Shown piece by piece: positions 1 to 12,850 of a stretch of 64,000 nucleotides of DNA. The stretch is from Sphyrna mokarran (lineage: Eukaryota). Location of the stretch: positions 47,802,001-47,866,000 of the forward strand of contig JAGIQG010000006.1 of NCBI GenBank assembly GCA_024679065.1. The letters run 5' to 3'. Below the pieces are notes generated by a model. The model had not been told where the DNA came from. It did not search any database and saw nothing but the letters and a program-made list of their open reading frames with translations. Positions within the stretch are counted from its first letter, which is position 1. Each line of letters opens with the position of its first letter. Position numbers and translations under genes: made by a program.

Positions 1-170
1 ACATTGCAATCATTTCCAAGTCCCTGTTTTCTTCAATACATAGAATCCTTCCTCTCTTGGCAACATTCACAGGAATGTTAATAATGTGAAAATGCAAATA
101 TATTTCTTTTGTATATGCAGAAAATGCTCAACTTTGATTATCTGTGATAATCATGAGCAACTAATAGGAT

Positions 171-480
171 AGGGTGGTTCAGTAGCATAGTGGTTAGCTC
201 TGCTGCCTCACAGCTTCAGGGAATTTGCAGTTGGTTCTGTCCTTGGGTGACCGTATGGAGTATACATGTTTTTCCTGTGTCTCCATGCGTTTCCTCCAGG
301 TGCTCTAGTTTCCTCCCACAGTCTACAGATTTACATAGGTTAAGTGGATTAACCATGTAAATGTGCAAGGCTAAGGGAATAGGTGCAAGGGCGGGCCTGG
401 GTGGGATGCTGCTTTGGAGAATCAATGCTAACACAATTAGCTGGATAACCTCTTTCTGCCTCTGTAGGGATTCTATTCAA
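171..480 (+). mobile_element. tRNA-derived V-SINE (HE1-like)
   Basis: tRNA-like head (tagcatagtggttagctctgctgcctcacagc), V-domain core (ctccatgcgtttcctccaggtgctctagtttcctcccacagtc) and CR1-like tail (ctgtagggattcta). Confidence 0.85.
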
Positions 481-548
481 TGGATTTAAATTTATTTGGC
501 TGCCAGAACATTTGATCAAGAAATACAGAATGCAGAAAGTCCCTGTTT

Positions 549-682
549 TCTGATGAATGATACTTGCTCTGAAATGTTAACTCTGTCTCTCTCTACAGAT
601 GCTATCTGACCTGTTGATTATTTTCAGTATTTTCTGCTTTTATTTCAGATTTCCTGCATTCACAATATTTTTCTTTTGTTTT
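549..682 (+). mobile_element. Penelope-like element 3' terminal fragment with decayed hammerhead core
   Basis: ctgatga...gaaatgttaac followed by cagatgct..gacctg..ttttcag..tttatttcagatttcc, the same tail type that ends the Penelope copy at about 28255-28295. Confidence 0.6.
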
Positions 683-1586
683 GAACACAAAATGTTCCTC
701 ATTTTCCCACCATTATATTTTATATATGTTACAACTGTAATGCTTAGCATGGTAATTAAAAGAAAAAGCTTTTGTCAACACTCCCTTACAAAGTAATCAG
801 ATAGTTTGAATTATTCTGGCAGAGCCAGCTGCATAATACAGCAACAGGATAAGGCAGTGTTCAATTTCCCTGTGCTTTGAACCAAAGGTCAGCATTCTAC
901 TTAGTTCTTACAAAGTTTGTCTAATTCAAGGAAGGAAAAACAATTCCAGACTGATGACTATTGGGAAGAGCAATACATAAACTTAAGATGTTAGGGTCAC
1001 AAGCAGTCAGTAAGATAGTTTTCTGGTTTGCAGGATGATAAGATTCATTACTCTAGCCAGTGTAGGGCAGTGATCACTTCCTCTTCCTATCATGCATGAA
1101 AGCCCAAATTAGACATAGAATACACCAAAAAAAAAGTTCCACCAAATATTGTGTATGTTAAAACAAACAGAAACATGTTAATGCAGCTAACTTTCTACAA
1201 AATCATCAAAGGAACATGAAATTCAACAATTGTTGACAGTGTACTATTTCAACGGCACCTATAATTTCAAATAACATTTAAAAAACACCCACAAGAAGCA
1301 GAGGAGTTCAAAATGCAATCTGAAATAAAATTGCGCATAGACTATTAATAGAAAATTATACAAGACAGATATATAGTTAGAAAAGTTCTGACATTTTTTC
1401 CATGGCTTTTATTTCACAGAGGCTAAATCTGAACACTTGACAACTCACATGCCTCTCCAACCTGTGCAAATGGAGCACAGGTTCATTTATTAAATCAGAG
1501 AGAAAAGCATTGTCCAGGGATGAACATATGAAAATTGCAGACAGGAAAACTCTACAGGTCCTTCAAACTCGTTCTAGAGACATATG

Positions 1587-2859
1587 GGGTGCTATTTTAT
1601 CACGGTGTCATGCCCATTTTCGGGCACGAAAACATTGTAAAGTCGGGTGTAAGGCCATTAACGTGACACGCACCCGCGTTCATGCAAATGGCCACTTTAC
1701 TGATGCCTGGGAATGGCTGCAATCTGATTCACACCTGAGACAGGCACAACTGCGATTTAAATGCATTTGCATTTATTTAAATTGAATTAATGAACTGCAT
1801 TTCCCCCTTTACCACCGCTTTTGCTGATCCGGAATCACTTTGAAATGAATATGTTGAATAAAAGTCTGAATCGGATGCACCAGCTGATGTAAAGGCGAGT
1901 TCAGAGCTTCCATAGCTCTCTGACTCAGATCAGCGGTGGGAGGGAGGTTGGTCAGATCATTCTCTGGTTGTGGGGAGGTGGGGGTGGGGAGTGAGGAAGG
2001 TGTGGATCAAATGTATCTATGGTGGGGAGGAAGGACCGATTATTGTCTTGTTTGTGTGTGGGGGAGAGAGAGGGGGATCGTTGTCTGGTCAGAAGGGTTG
2101 AGGGCTGATCATTGTCTGGTGGAGGGGGAGGGAAGCGGGCCAGATCATTCCCTGGTGAGGGGATGGGTAGGGAGGAGGAAGCGGGTCACATTTCCTCTTG
2201 GGAGGGAGGGTAGGCAGTGAGACCAAATCATTCTCGGGGTTGGGGCGGGGGGGGGGGGGGGCAAGATGGGAGTGAACCCAGATCATTCCTTGGAGGTGGA
2301 GGAGAAGAAGAATGAGGCCCAATCATTTTCTGGAGGGCGGGGAGTGAGGGCAGATCATACTGTTGGGTGGGGGGGGAAGTGAGTGAGGGCTAACCATTCT
2401 CGGAGGAGCAGGGAGAGTGGTGGGAGGGCAGATAGATCTCTGGTGGGGGGAATGAGGAGACAGAGAGGTTTGCTCCCACCCTGTGGGCAATCAGTAGGGG
2501 GAAGAGGGCAGCAGATCACAATCAGTCTGGGTAGCAGGGGGAAGGGGTTGATAAGGGGGACATTAATGTCTGTGGGGGCCATCGCTGCCGCTTTCTGTTC
2601 ATGGGCCACTTTCTCCGCTTTCTATGGCTTGGGAGCGATCTGACACAGGAGCGCTTTTTCAAATTTTTTCGAAGTGCACATGCGCAGTTCAGAGCTCTGA
2701 TTGTTCCGGCAGTGCTAAGCCCAGCCCACAGCACAGTTCAGACGCGGGACTTCTTTTTCAGGCTGAGTGCATACGTGTGTGCCTGGAAACAGATTTCCAA
2801 GTCGGATCTAATTTGCACCCAGATTTAGCACTTAGAATAAAAATGGTAAAATCAGGCCC
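1587..2859. mobile_element. Non-autonomous DNA transposon (PIF/Harbinger-like MITE)
   Basis: Imperfect TIRs gggtgctattttatca / tggtaaaatcaggccc flanked by a 3-bp duplication ATG (1584-1586, 2860-2862); internal G-rich minisatellite. Confidence 0.65.
1936..2560 (+). repeat. Degenerate G-rich minisatellite, core GATCATT(C/G)TCTGG
   Basis: About 14 recurrences of the core (cagatcattctctgg, tgatcattgtctgg, cagatcattccctgg, caatcattttctgg...) separated by G-run spacers. Confidence 0.7.
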
Positions 2860-3234
2860 ATGGCATACTTGGAAAGGGAAGCTTTATGAATGCACGTTCA
2901 TGGTGCAGCCTCTCATGCTGTGGGAACATTTATTTTGGAAACTGTTGGCACATTTTTCAGTTTTTTATCTGTTTATATCAATGGATAAATCATGGGGAAG
3001 ACATAAATGTCCTCTGATCCCACTGAGTGAGGCTTCATTCTGGCAAAACACGTTTGTAAAAATTATTCTTCAATATAAAATTCTCCACCAGAAAGGCAAT
3101 TAAATTGTTTTTAATTATGAACTTGCTGGTAACAATTACTTCTATTTTTTGGGACTAAAAGTACTTTACTGGAAAACTCCCATGTTGTATCCCCAGCTTG
3201 AAGGGATGCTGAATTTTGGTGGTACTGCACTTTT

Positions 3235-4274
3235 GGGTGCAATTATCCCAAAAGCGCTGCATTGTGAGAAAACTAGTCTGGATCACGACTGGTTTTCAGT
3301 GCAGCTTCAGACCTGAATCTCCGCGCTCTGTGCACTGCAGAGGTCACAATTGTGCATATCATTAAAAACCCAGGGAATGGAGCCTATTCGCACTGGAGTC
3401 TGACATCTTGGGGACAGTGGCTCCGGTCTGTCAGTCTCCCCATTTGCATGCCAATTCCATCACTGGCCATCTTGGGATCCCCATAGTGCTACTCATGAAA
3501 ATTCCCGGGCCAGGTCTGACCCCCCATCCCATCCCAGAGCACCCGATGTCCAGTCTACTGCCCCAAAAGTGGTGACCCTACCCAACCTCCTCACCCTGGC
3601 AGAATCCCCCTTCCCTCGCTGCATCCCCTCCAGAGTCAGATTGCACCCCCCTCCGCCCCGCCCCCCCCGTTCCCAGGAGGTAGACCGTCCCCAGATTAGC
3701 ACACCACCAGCCCTCCCCAATTGTTGGCCTCCTTCCATCCCAGACCAATTCCCATGCAGAGTAGCAGTGAGATATTCCACCCCCACCAATTTCCCCCAGA
3801 CTCTGCCCCACTTGACACTGCCCCATACCCCTGGATATGAACACTTTGCCCCTTGGGTAGTGCTGGGGGCACAGGCTGGCACTGCCAGAGTACCCATATC
3901 CAGGTGGCACCATCCCTCATTGCCTGACCCCGTGGGGGGCCTCAATTGCCCTCCCTTTCACTCCAGCGGGGTGTCCTACTTGTTGCCCAAATCTGGGGAG
4001 CTACTCTAAAGCCCGCTGGAATGAAGTACTCCTGGTGGAGTGGGAGATGCTATCGGGCCCGATAATCATATGCAAAATAGATTCAAAATGCATTAAAAAA
4101 AGATTTAAATTGCTTACCTTTTTTCCCATTGACTCCCGACTGCGATGGTTGTCTAGCACTGGGAGACACACATGCGTTGGGAACTCATGTGTGAATCCCA
4201 CAAACTGGCCAACACGTGATTCTCCCCACCGAAGCTGCCAGAAAATTTGCAGGTCGCAATGGGAGAATTGCCCT
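3235..4274. mobile_element. Non-autonomous DNA transposon (PIF/Harbinger-like MITE)
   Basis: TIR-like ends gggtgcaattatccca / tgggagaattgccct; C-rich interior mirroring the G-rich interior of the neighbouring element. Confidence 0.55.
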
Positions 4275-4364
4275 CTTTATTTCTGTTTAATAATATCGTA
4301 CAAAGACAATGAGGGTGATTTTAGCAGCTTGTCACACTGGTCGATACACATGGCGAGCCAGTAG

Positions 4365-6785
4365 ATCATATGATCATCAGATATAGGCCATTCAGCCCAT
4401 CAAATCTGCTCCGCCCTTCAATCATGCTGATATGATTCTCATCCCTATTCACCTGCCTTCTCCCCATAACCCCTCATCCCCTTATTCATCAAGAACATAT
4501 CTATCTCTATCTTAAAGATACTCAATGACTTGGCCTCTACAGCCCTCCGTGGCAATGAGTTCCACAGATTCACCACCCTCTGGCTAAAGAAATTGCTCCT
4601 CATCTCAGTTTTAAAGGAGTGTTCCTTCACTCTTGAGATTGTGCCCTCAAGTTCTAGACTCTCCCATTGGTGGAAACATCCTTTCCATGCCCACTCGCCT
4701 ATCTATGCCTCTCAATATTTTGTAAGTTTCAATTAGATATCTCTCATCCTTCTAAACTCCATTGAGTATAGACCCAAACCCCTCAACTGTTCCTCATATG
4801 ACAAACCCTTCTTTCTGGGATCATTCTTGTGAACCCCCTCTAGACCCCCTCCAAGGCCACAGATCTGAATTTAACTATGGGGCCTAAAACTTTTCACAAT
4901 ATTCCGAATGGGGTCTGGCCAGAGCCTTATACAGCCTCAACAGTACATGTCTCTCTTGTTTTCTAGCCCTCTAGAAATGCACACAAACACTGAATTCCCT
5001 TCCTAACTGCCAACTGATCCTGCATATCAACCTTAAAAGAGTCCTGAATCAGGGCTCTCAAGTCCCTTTCTGCTTCAGATTTCTGAAGCCTCTCCCCCTT
5101 TAGAAAATAGTCTACACTTCTAATCTTCCTACCAAAGTGCATAATCTCACACTTTCCCACATTGTATTCTATCTGCCACTTCTTTGCCCACTCTCCTAGC
5201 CTGTCCAAGTCATTCTGCAGCATCGCCACTTCCTCAATACTAACTGTCTCTCTACATATCTTTGTATCATCTGCAAACTTAGCAACAGTGCCTTCAGTTC
5301 CTTCCTCCAAATATATATTGTGAAAAGTTGTGGTCCCAGCACTGACCCTTGCAGCTTACCACTCGTCACTGGTTGCCATTCTGAAAAGGATACCCCTATC
5401 CCCACTCTCTGCCTTCTGTCTGTCAGCCAACCGTCAAGTGGATAAAGTTGTTAAGAAGGCTTATGGAGTCTTAGCTTTTATTGGTAGGGGGATTGAATTT
5501 AGGAGCCGCAGCATCTGTTGCACTGTACAAACTCTAGTGCGCCGCATTGGAGTATTGTGTGCAGTTCTGGTCCCACATTATAAGAAAGATGTGAGGCATT
5601 GGAGAGGGTACGAGGAGGTTTACAGGATGTTGCCTGGTATGGAGGCAGGTCCTATGAAGAGAGGTTGAAGGATTTGAGGTTGTTTTCGTTAGAAAGGAGG
5701 CGCTAAGGGGGGATCTTATTGAAACATATAAATATTAGAGGTTTGGATAGGGTGGACAGTGATAGCCTTTTTCCTAGGATGGAAAAAGCTAGCACGAGGG
5801 CACAACTTTAAATTAAGGGGTATGAGTTATAGGACGGATATCGAGGTAGGTTCTTTACTCAAGAGTGATTAGGGAGTGGAATGCCCTGCCTGCAGCTGTT
5901 GTGATGCGCCAAGTTTGGTGGCGTTTAAGGTTATTGATAAGTATATGGAGAGAAGGGAATGGTTTAGTTGGAGGGGCATTGCTTTTTATTTTGGTCGGCA
6001 CAACATCGAAGGCCGAAGGGCCTGTTCTGTGCTGTATTGTTCTATGTTCTATGTTCTATGTCTGTCCATGCTAGTACATTACCTCTAACACCATTGGCTC
6101 TTAGCTTACTTAGCAGCCTCCTATAAGCCTCCTATAACTCTTGTCAAAGGGTTTCTGGAAATCCAAATACATCATGTTCACTGGCTCTCCTTTGTCTAAC
6201 TTCTTTATTACATACTGAAATAATTCTAACAGATTTGTCAGACATGACCTCCTTTTGATGAAGCCATGCTGACCCAACCCTATTTTACCATGCATTTCCA
6301 AGTATTCCACAATTTCATCCTTAATCAGACTTCAAGATCTTACCCACGACCGAGGTCAGATTAACTGTCCTATAATTTCCAATCATCTACCTCCCTCCCT
6401 TCTTAAACAGGGATGTTACATTAGCGTTTTTCCAGTCGACTGGGACCTTCCCTGATTCCAGGAATGTCTGCACAATCCATCCTGTCTGGGTGATTTATCA
6501 GATCTTTCAGCTTCTCCGGCACCTTCTCCTTAGTGATGGCCACTACATTTATGTCTGCCTTCGACTCTCCTAAAGTTCTGGCATGTTACGGGTGCCTTCC
6601 ACCGTGAAGACTGATACAAAGTACCCATTTAGTTCCTCTGCCATTTCTTTGTCCCCCATTACTACTTCTCCAACCTTATTTTCCAGTCCAATATCCATTC
6701 TTGTCTCTCTCTCATCTTTTATATATCTAACCAAAGCTCTTGCAATCTTCTTTTAAATTACTAGCTAGCTTACCCTCCTATTTCA
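4365..6785 (-). mobile_element. CR1 LINE ORF2 remnant, 5'-truncated, interrupted by a younger CR1
   Basis: RT motifs QHGFIKRRSCLTNLLE, YLDFQKPFDK, QGSVLGPQL, KFADDTKI, FFSQRVVNLWNSLP. Confidence 0.92.
5435..6060 (+). mobile_element. Young CR1 LINE 3' fragment nested in the opposite orientation
   Basis: VDKVVKKAYGVLAFIGRGIEFRS, CR1 3' UTR gaaggccgaagggcctgttctgtgctgta and (ttctatg)3 tail. Confidence 0.9.
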
Positions 6786-7524
6786 TCACGAGAGGCAAAA
6801 AATCAGTTTTACGCCTGGTTTCTTGCCTCTTGCAATCTTACCACCCAGATTTCTGCTGAGAGGCTTAAGTTCATTTAAATGCTGATTTAAATATTATTAG
6901 TGAGTCCTGGATGCTAACTTATCTTAGTTGCCTCACCAATGGAGGTCCTCAGAGGCGAGGATCATGTATGGTTCCCAACAACGGGGACTTGATGTGGAAG
7001 CCTTGCCAGCAGGACTGGAGGCCATTGAGGCTAAGGGTGGGAGATTTGGCGGGGGGGGGGGGTCGAGGCGTTGCACTTACAGCCCCTCTCCCCAGGGAGA
7101 CAGGTGGAGCAAAGAGTGAAAATGAGGAGTGTCAGTCAGGGGATCTATATACTTCCGCTTTTACCATCCTTAAAGCGTATTTGGTCATTTTAGCACTCTT
7201 CCTTCCTCCACCATTTACACCAACACAATTTTGCATAGACTGCTTTTTAAGTCATTCACTGATAAGTAATAGCAGACTATAGCTGACCTCAGTATGCCCT
7301 TGTGAAGCAGACTATTCCAAGCAGTTCAGGATCAAGATCATGATGCTATAGATAGAATTAAATGTAACAGATATAAACTAGAAGTTAGGTGTGAAAGTTA
7401 TTTTCAAAGAAATGTTTAATAATTTACTTCTAGGACACATCTATGTTAACTCAAGATTTGATTAATTAGTGAACGAAGGAAGAGAGTTTAAAGTAATATG
7501 GAAATAGAGTGAATAAATTTCATC

Positions 7525-9850
7525 ACAGAATCATAATGTTGAGAAGGAGGCCAATTGGTCTAATGTGTCTGCATCAGCGACATGAATAAGTGTCATGACT
7601 CTGTGCCATTCCACAGCTTTTGCCCCATATCACTGCACATTGTTTCTATTCAAGTAATTATCGAATGCCTTCTTGAATGTCCCAATGGAATCTGCCTCCA
7701 TCAGACTTCTAAGCTGTGTATTCCAAACCCGAAACCTGTTGTGTCAAGACGTTTCACAAATCACATTTCCTTCTTTTGTTTCTCCTTAACTATTCTGTTC
7801 AACCACCTCTTGATTTCAAATCACCTCTCAGCTCTTTTGTCTCCAAGCAGAAAAGGGCCAACTTCTCCAATCTATCTTTATGAAGTAAGTTTCTCATCTC
7901 TGGAAGCATCTTTGTAAACTTTGTCTGCACTCACTCCAGTGTATTGACATCCTTCCTAAAGTATGATGCCCAGAGTGTACAAAATATTCCAGTTGAAGTC
8001 TAACTAGCAACTTACACAAGTTAAGCATGACCTCCTTATTTTCATACCCATATGAATAAGGACTAGGAAACTATGCTCTATTACCTGCGTTTCCATTTGC
8101 CCTGTCACCTTCAATGACTTATGCACGTATACACCCTGATCTCTGCGCTCCTGCCCAGCCTTTAGAGTTGTACTCTTTATTTCATATTGCCTCTCCATGT
8201 TCAACTTACCAAAATGAATCACCTTACACTTCTCAGTGCTGAACTTCATCAGCCACCAATCTGCCTACACCAACTTGTCTATGTCCTTTACACCATCCTT
8301 ACAGGTTATAATGCTTTCAAGTTTGGTATCATCCACAAACTCTGAAATTGTACCCTGCATTCCAAGATGTAGATCATTAATACATATCAGTGAAAATAAG
8401 AGTCCCAATACCAACTCCTGGGAAACTCCACTACAAACCTTCCTCTAGTCTGAAAAATTTCCATTAACCATGACTTGCTGTTTCTTAATACTCAGCCAAT
8501 TCTGCACCCATATCCCTTTTATGCCATGAGTTATAACTTTTCTCACAAGTCAGTTATGCAGAACTATATCAAATGCCTTTTGGAAGTCCATGTATACTAC
8601 ATCAACGGCATTACCCTCATCAACCTTCTTTGTTATCTCTTCAAAAACCTCAAAAAGATAATTAAACACAATCTTTCTTTAAGATATCCATACTGGTTTT
8701 TCCTATTCAACCTATATTTTTCCATATGACTATTAATTCTCTCCTAATAATTGTTCAAGAAGCTTCCCCACTACTGAAGTTAAACTGACAGCTGGGCTTA
8801 TTCTTACAACCTTCTTTGAGCAAGGGCATAATGTTCGCAATTCTCTGATCCTCTGGCAGCTCCGTGAGTCTGAGGGAAGACTGAAAGTTTACGGCCAGCA
8901 CCCTTACAATTTCCACCTTCACTTCCTTCAATTACCTGGAATGCATCTCTTCCAGTCTGGCGCTTTGTCAACTTTAAATACCAACAGTTTATCAAATATC
9001 TTCTCCTTATCAATTTTGAACACTTCTAGTGCCAGAGTTACTCATCTGGGTAGTATCTCCTTTCTTGATAAAGACAGATGCAACATAGGCATTTAGTATC
9101 TTAACTGTTCTGCCTGTGTCCATGTGTAAATCTCCTTTTTGGTCTCTAATCGGCCCCACTCCTTCTTTTATCATCCCTTTACTATTTATGTCCTATAGAA
9201 GACTTTGGTATTCTCTTTATGTTGGCTGCCAGTTTTCTTCTAATCTATGTTCGCTGGTCTTATTTCTCTTCTCCTCTGAACCTTTTGCATTCAGCTTGGT
9301 CATTCATCTATCATAAGCACTTCATTTTAATTTCAAAATCATTTTTTATCCAGGGAGCTCTGCATTTGTTCACCCTAACTTTCCCTTTGAGGGAATATAC
9401 TTTTATTATGCCTGAACGATTTCCTTTTTGGAAGGTAACCTATTGTTAAGCTATTTTTCCTCACCAACTTTTCGTTCCAGCCTATGGCCCGAGTCTATTC
9501 TTGCCCTACTGAAGTTGGCTCCTGTTTATTATTCTTACTCTGGATTGTCAGTTGTCCTTTTCTACTGTGACGCTATATCTTATGATACAATGGATCACTG
9601 TCTCCAACAAGTTCTCCCACTGACACTTGATCTACTTGGCCCACCTTATTTTCAAAAAACAAGTTTAGCAGTGCATCCTTTCTTGTTGGACTGGACACAA
9701 ACAGTTACAGTAAATTTGGCTGAACACATACTCTAGGAACTCTTGTCCCTCTCTGCTCTTTACATTACCACTATCTCCGTTTATTTTTGTGTAACTAAAG
9801 TTACTTATTTTAACTACTCAATAATGTTTGCATCTCTCTACACCTTCCCT
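7525..9850 (-). mobile_element. Old CR1 LINE remnant
   Basis: MKFSTEKCKVIHFG and the reverse complement of YMDFQKAFD near 8570-8600; 3' tail near 7525. Confidence 0.88.
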
Positions 9851-12299
9851 ACAAGGAGAGAAGGTAAATATTAATATGGTTTGTTTGAGCAAAATAACCT
9901 GTCAGGACATGATAATCGACAATTTTTTTCCCGTTTGTGCAATGGTTCTTCAGCCAATGACATCTGTCACTTAAATCTAAAGATCTTCTGGAGCAGAATT
10001 GTTAAAATTTAAGGATATAGATGAAGAAATAATCTAATTAAAAATTATGGTTTTATGTTTTAGGAATATTATAGCAATGTTAATATTGAATAGTGCTTTT
10101 CACAATTATTGTCATAGTATTATTTCTGATGAGATTTAACCATCTAAAACATTCTCAAAAAATAACGAGTCAAATTTTTTTTGTAACTTAGCCTTTTTTG
10201 TAAATGGCAAAGAGATATTTCTTTGAAAACTTTGTCAGTCACAATTGTACCCTCTGCCCTTCATATTAACACTGCTTCCTTCTTGCTTAAGATAATAACC
10301 AATTGCTCCTGTACAGTGCTGTGATTTCTATGATATTCCTTACCAGGCCTATAGCCATCAAATGGCTTGGAAATTAATGTACACAGATCTGTATTGGAAA
10401 TTAGTTTTTTATAGCCAAAGGCAACATTCTGCCAGGAAGAGAAAAATCCATTACAACAGTTCTAGTATCTGATTACTCATGGATGATTTGTACCAGCAAA
10501 ATAATATTAGCAATTATTACATACTAAATACAGTAAATTCCACTGTTGTAAAGATTAATCAATGCATTATCTATACTGATTGATAAGGATACTGAGTACA
10601 TTCAATACCAAATTAATTGCCAGTGACTTTACACCACTTATAGAAAGAAATAGGATTATAAATGATTTGAAGATGGAATTTCAGCATAAATAACTTCTTG
10701 GAAAGAGAATCTGACTGTAAGTCCCCACTTCAAAATTAAACAGATTATAATTTGTCTTCTTTTAATTTTTTGTCAATAGCTTTTCCTTTGATAAATATTG
10801 ATTAACAGTAGGTGTTCTATTTAAACCTAGCTACATTCCCTTCTAAAGAGTTTGTTCATTATGCTTTGATGCTGTGTTACAAAACACAAAACAAGAAACT
10901 GCACACTGCTGATCAATCAAATAATTCTAAATCAATGTTTTACAAAATTGGTGTACAATATAATTATGCAATTACTTCACACACTGCATAAATAATGTGG
11001 AAAGTTTAAATGTCTGTCATCTACTTAGCCAGCTCTCATGGAGAAAAATTAAAAGTAACAAAAAAAATCTGCATAATATATTCTAGAATAAATGACCATA
11101 GAGGGCTGAAATTAGTAACCTGCACGTTTATTTATTTTTCTAAATATTGCATTCTTATATGAAATGTTCATAGTCCAATCATGTTAGCTTTAGGCTGCAA
11201 AAATTCCAGAGTTTGCAGTCTTCATACCTACAATATTACTCTACAATTTCAACATAGCATGTACAGTTTTAATTTCCTACATTGCACTAATGATTACACT
11301 TTAAGAAAAGTACTTTATTGGGATGTTTTGATGTTTTTAACAGTGCTATATAAATATGTCTTTCTTTTCATTAAAAATATTTATGCAGTAGACTAAGTGA
11401 TGAGCCACAAGTTAACATTGAACAAAGCTCCGAGGTTCAATCAGAAATAGAGTGAAAGATGAGGCTTGAAAGGATAGCTTAACTAAAGCAATGGGACGAT
11501 GTGGAAGGAGGGGTTTATGAGGAGCAGGGGGAAGGGGGTTTGAGGGAAGGTGAGGGGTCATGATGGGAGGCAGAAGGCAACATGGTAGAGTAGAACACAA
11601 ACAATGGAAGACAGAAATAAGTCCAAGGGGAGGGAATATGGAGCCCAGCAAGACTTCATGAAAATCTCGCAAACAAGCACAAAAAGACACCACATCATTT
11701 ACTGGAAGGGTAAATGTCACAAGTGATGGGCTCAGGGGAAGGATGTTTGAATGGAGGAATAGACTTCTTGAGGCTGCTAGCCTTTTTGTTTAGATTGCTG
11801 ACAGATTGCATGGTCTGATTAAGATAGTTGAACTGGAAGGAGTGAAAATACAAGTATGCTGGATTAGTAATTACATAAGATGCCAGGACGTTAAACCCAC
11901 CAGTTGGCAGTGCGGGGACAGATCAACTGCACATCAGGTGACTTGGAGGGGAATGCAGTTACACATTATTAATCAGGTTTCAAACTTTGAATCTAACATG
12001 ACATTGTGCCATTCATTGGGAGAGGTGCCACTGGAGCCACCCACCCCCGCTCTTAGGCTAGAATCTTCCGATGATCTGTCAGGCAGAATAGAAAATTTGG
12101 TTCTCAGCCAAATTTCCATTTACAGCAGCAAGACTGGAGAATCTCAGCCATGGACAAGGTTAGAAAATCCCAACCTTGGTGTAAAAATGGGAGAATTCCA
12201 CCAGTGCTCCAGCAATAACAGTGGCAGCATTGACCTGGGCTGGGGGTACAAGTAATTCCCAGATTCTAAATCCCAGATTCCAGGGTCAGGTAAGTTTAT

Positions 12300-12850
12300 A
12301 CTGGGGAGAGGAAATGAGGCAGAAGGCAATTGGAGAAAGAAGAGGGTGGGATCATGATGCAGAGGCTGGGAGGAAGGAGCAATGCAAGGGGAAGACCTCG
12401 TGGGAGGAATATGCCAATGTGGAAAGAGGCCCATTACCCTACCCGCTTCTTTTCCTCAGTTGTTTATATCAATTTGTAACATTAATCAGAACTGGAATCT
12501 TACAAAAGCTCACTAAATACCAATGTGTTCAAAGAACAAAGATCAAAGAACAAAACAGCACGGGAAACAAGCCCTTTGGCCCAACAAGCCCGCGCTGCCA
12601 CCCCGATGTTCCCACCTCTACCCATGATCCCTGTCATGTTTATATGGGTTATAAGTAAACAAGCATCAGGAATCTGAAGTTGCTGAAGTTCTTGTTTAAA
12701 GCAAAATCTGTAGGTGTCTCAGAGAAAGATGTAATTTGTTCTTGAAGTTTGCACTTAGCCTCAATAGAGCAAGAGGTCGAAGTGGAAACGGGAGGGGAGT
12801 TAGTGGTGAGTCATAGATATCTCAAGGCCAGATATGCAAACAGAATCAAG
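12300..12850 (-). mobile_element. Decayed Penelope 3' region (GIY-YIG C-terminus) with a short CR1 3' tail inserted at about 12531-12640
   Basis: 12660-12790 resembles 26320-26430 of the Penelope copy (ctgaagttgctgaag...agtttgcacttagcctc); insert begins caaagaacaaagatcaaagaacaaaacagcacgggaaacaagccctttggcc. Confidence 0.55.

Noticed and set aside
171-260. tRNA-like sequence (also at 21968, 20640-20690, 35088)
   Set aside because: These are SINE heads continuing into the V-domain, with no complete cloverleaf
1936-2560. Repeat-spacer pattern superficially like a CRISPR array
   Set aside because: Cores are short and degenerate, spacers are low-complexity G runs, there are no cas genes, and the context is vertebrate
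3493-4009. Overlapping 110-150 aa Pro/Gly-rich ORFs
   Set aside because: By-product of a GC-skewed repeat interior with few stop codons
6911-7140. Possible third Myb/SANT remnant (LDVEAL...)
   Set aside because: Too degenerate; the diagnostic W..VA and KRFNDL motifs are not recoverable
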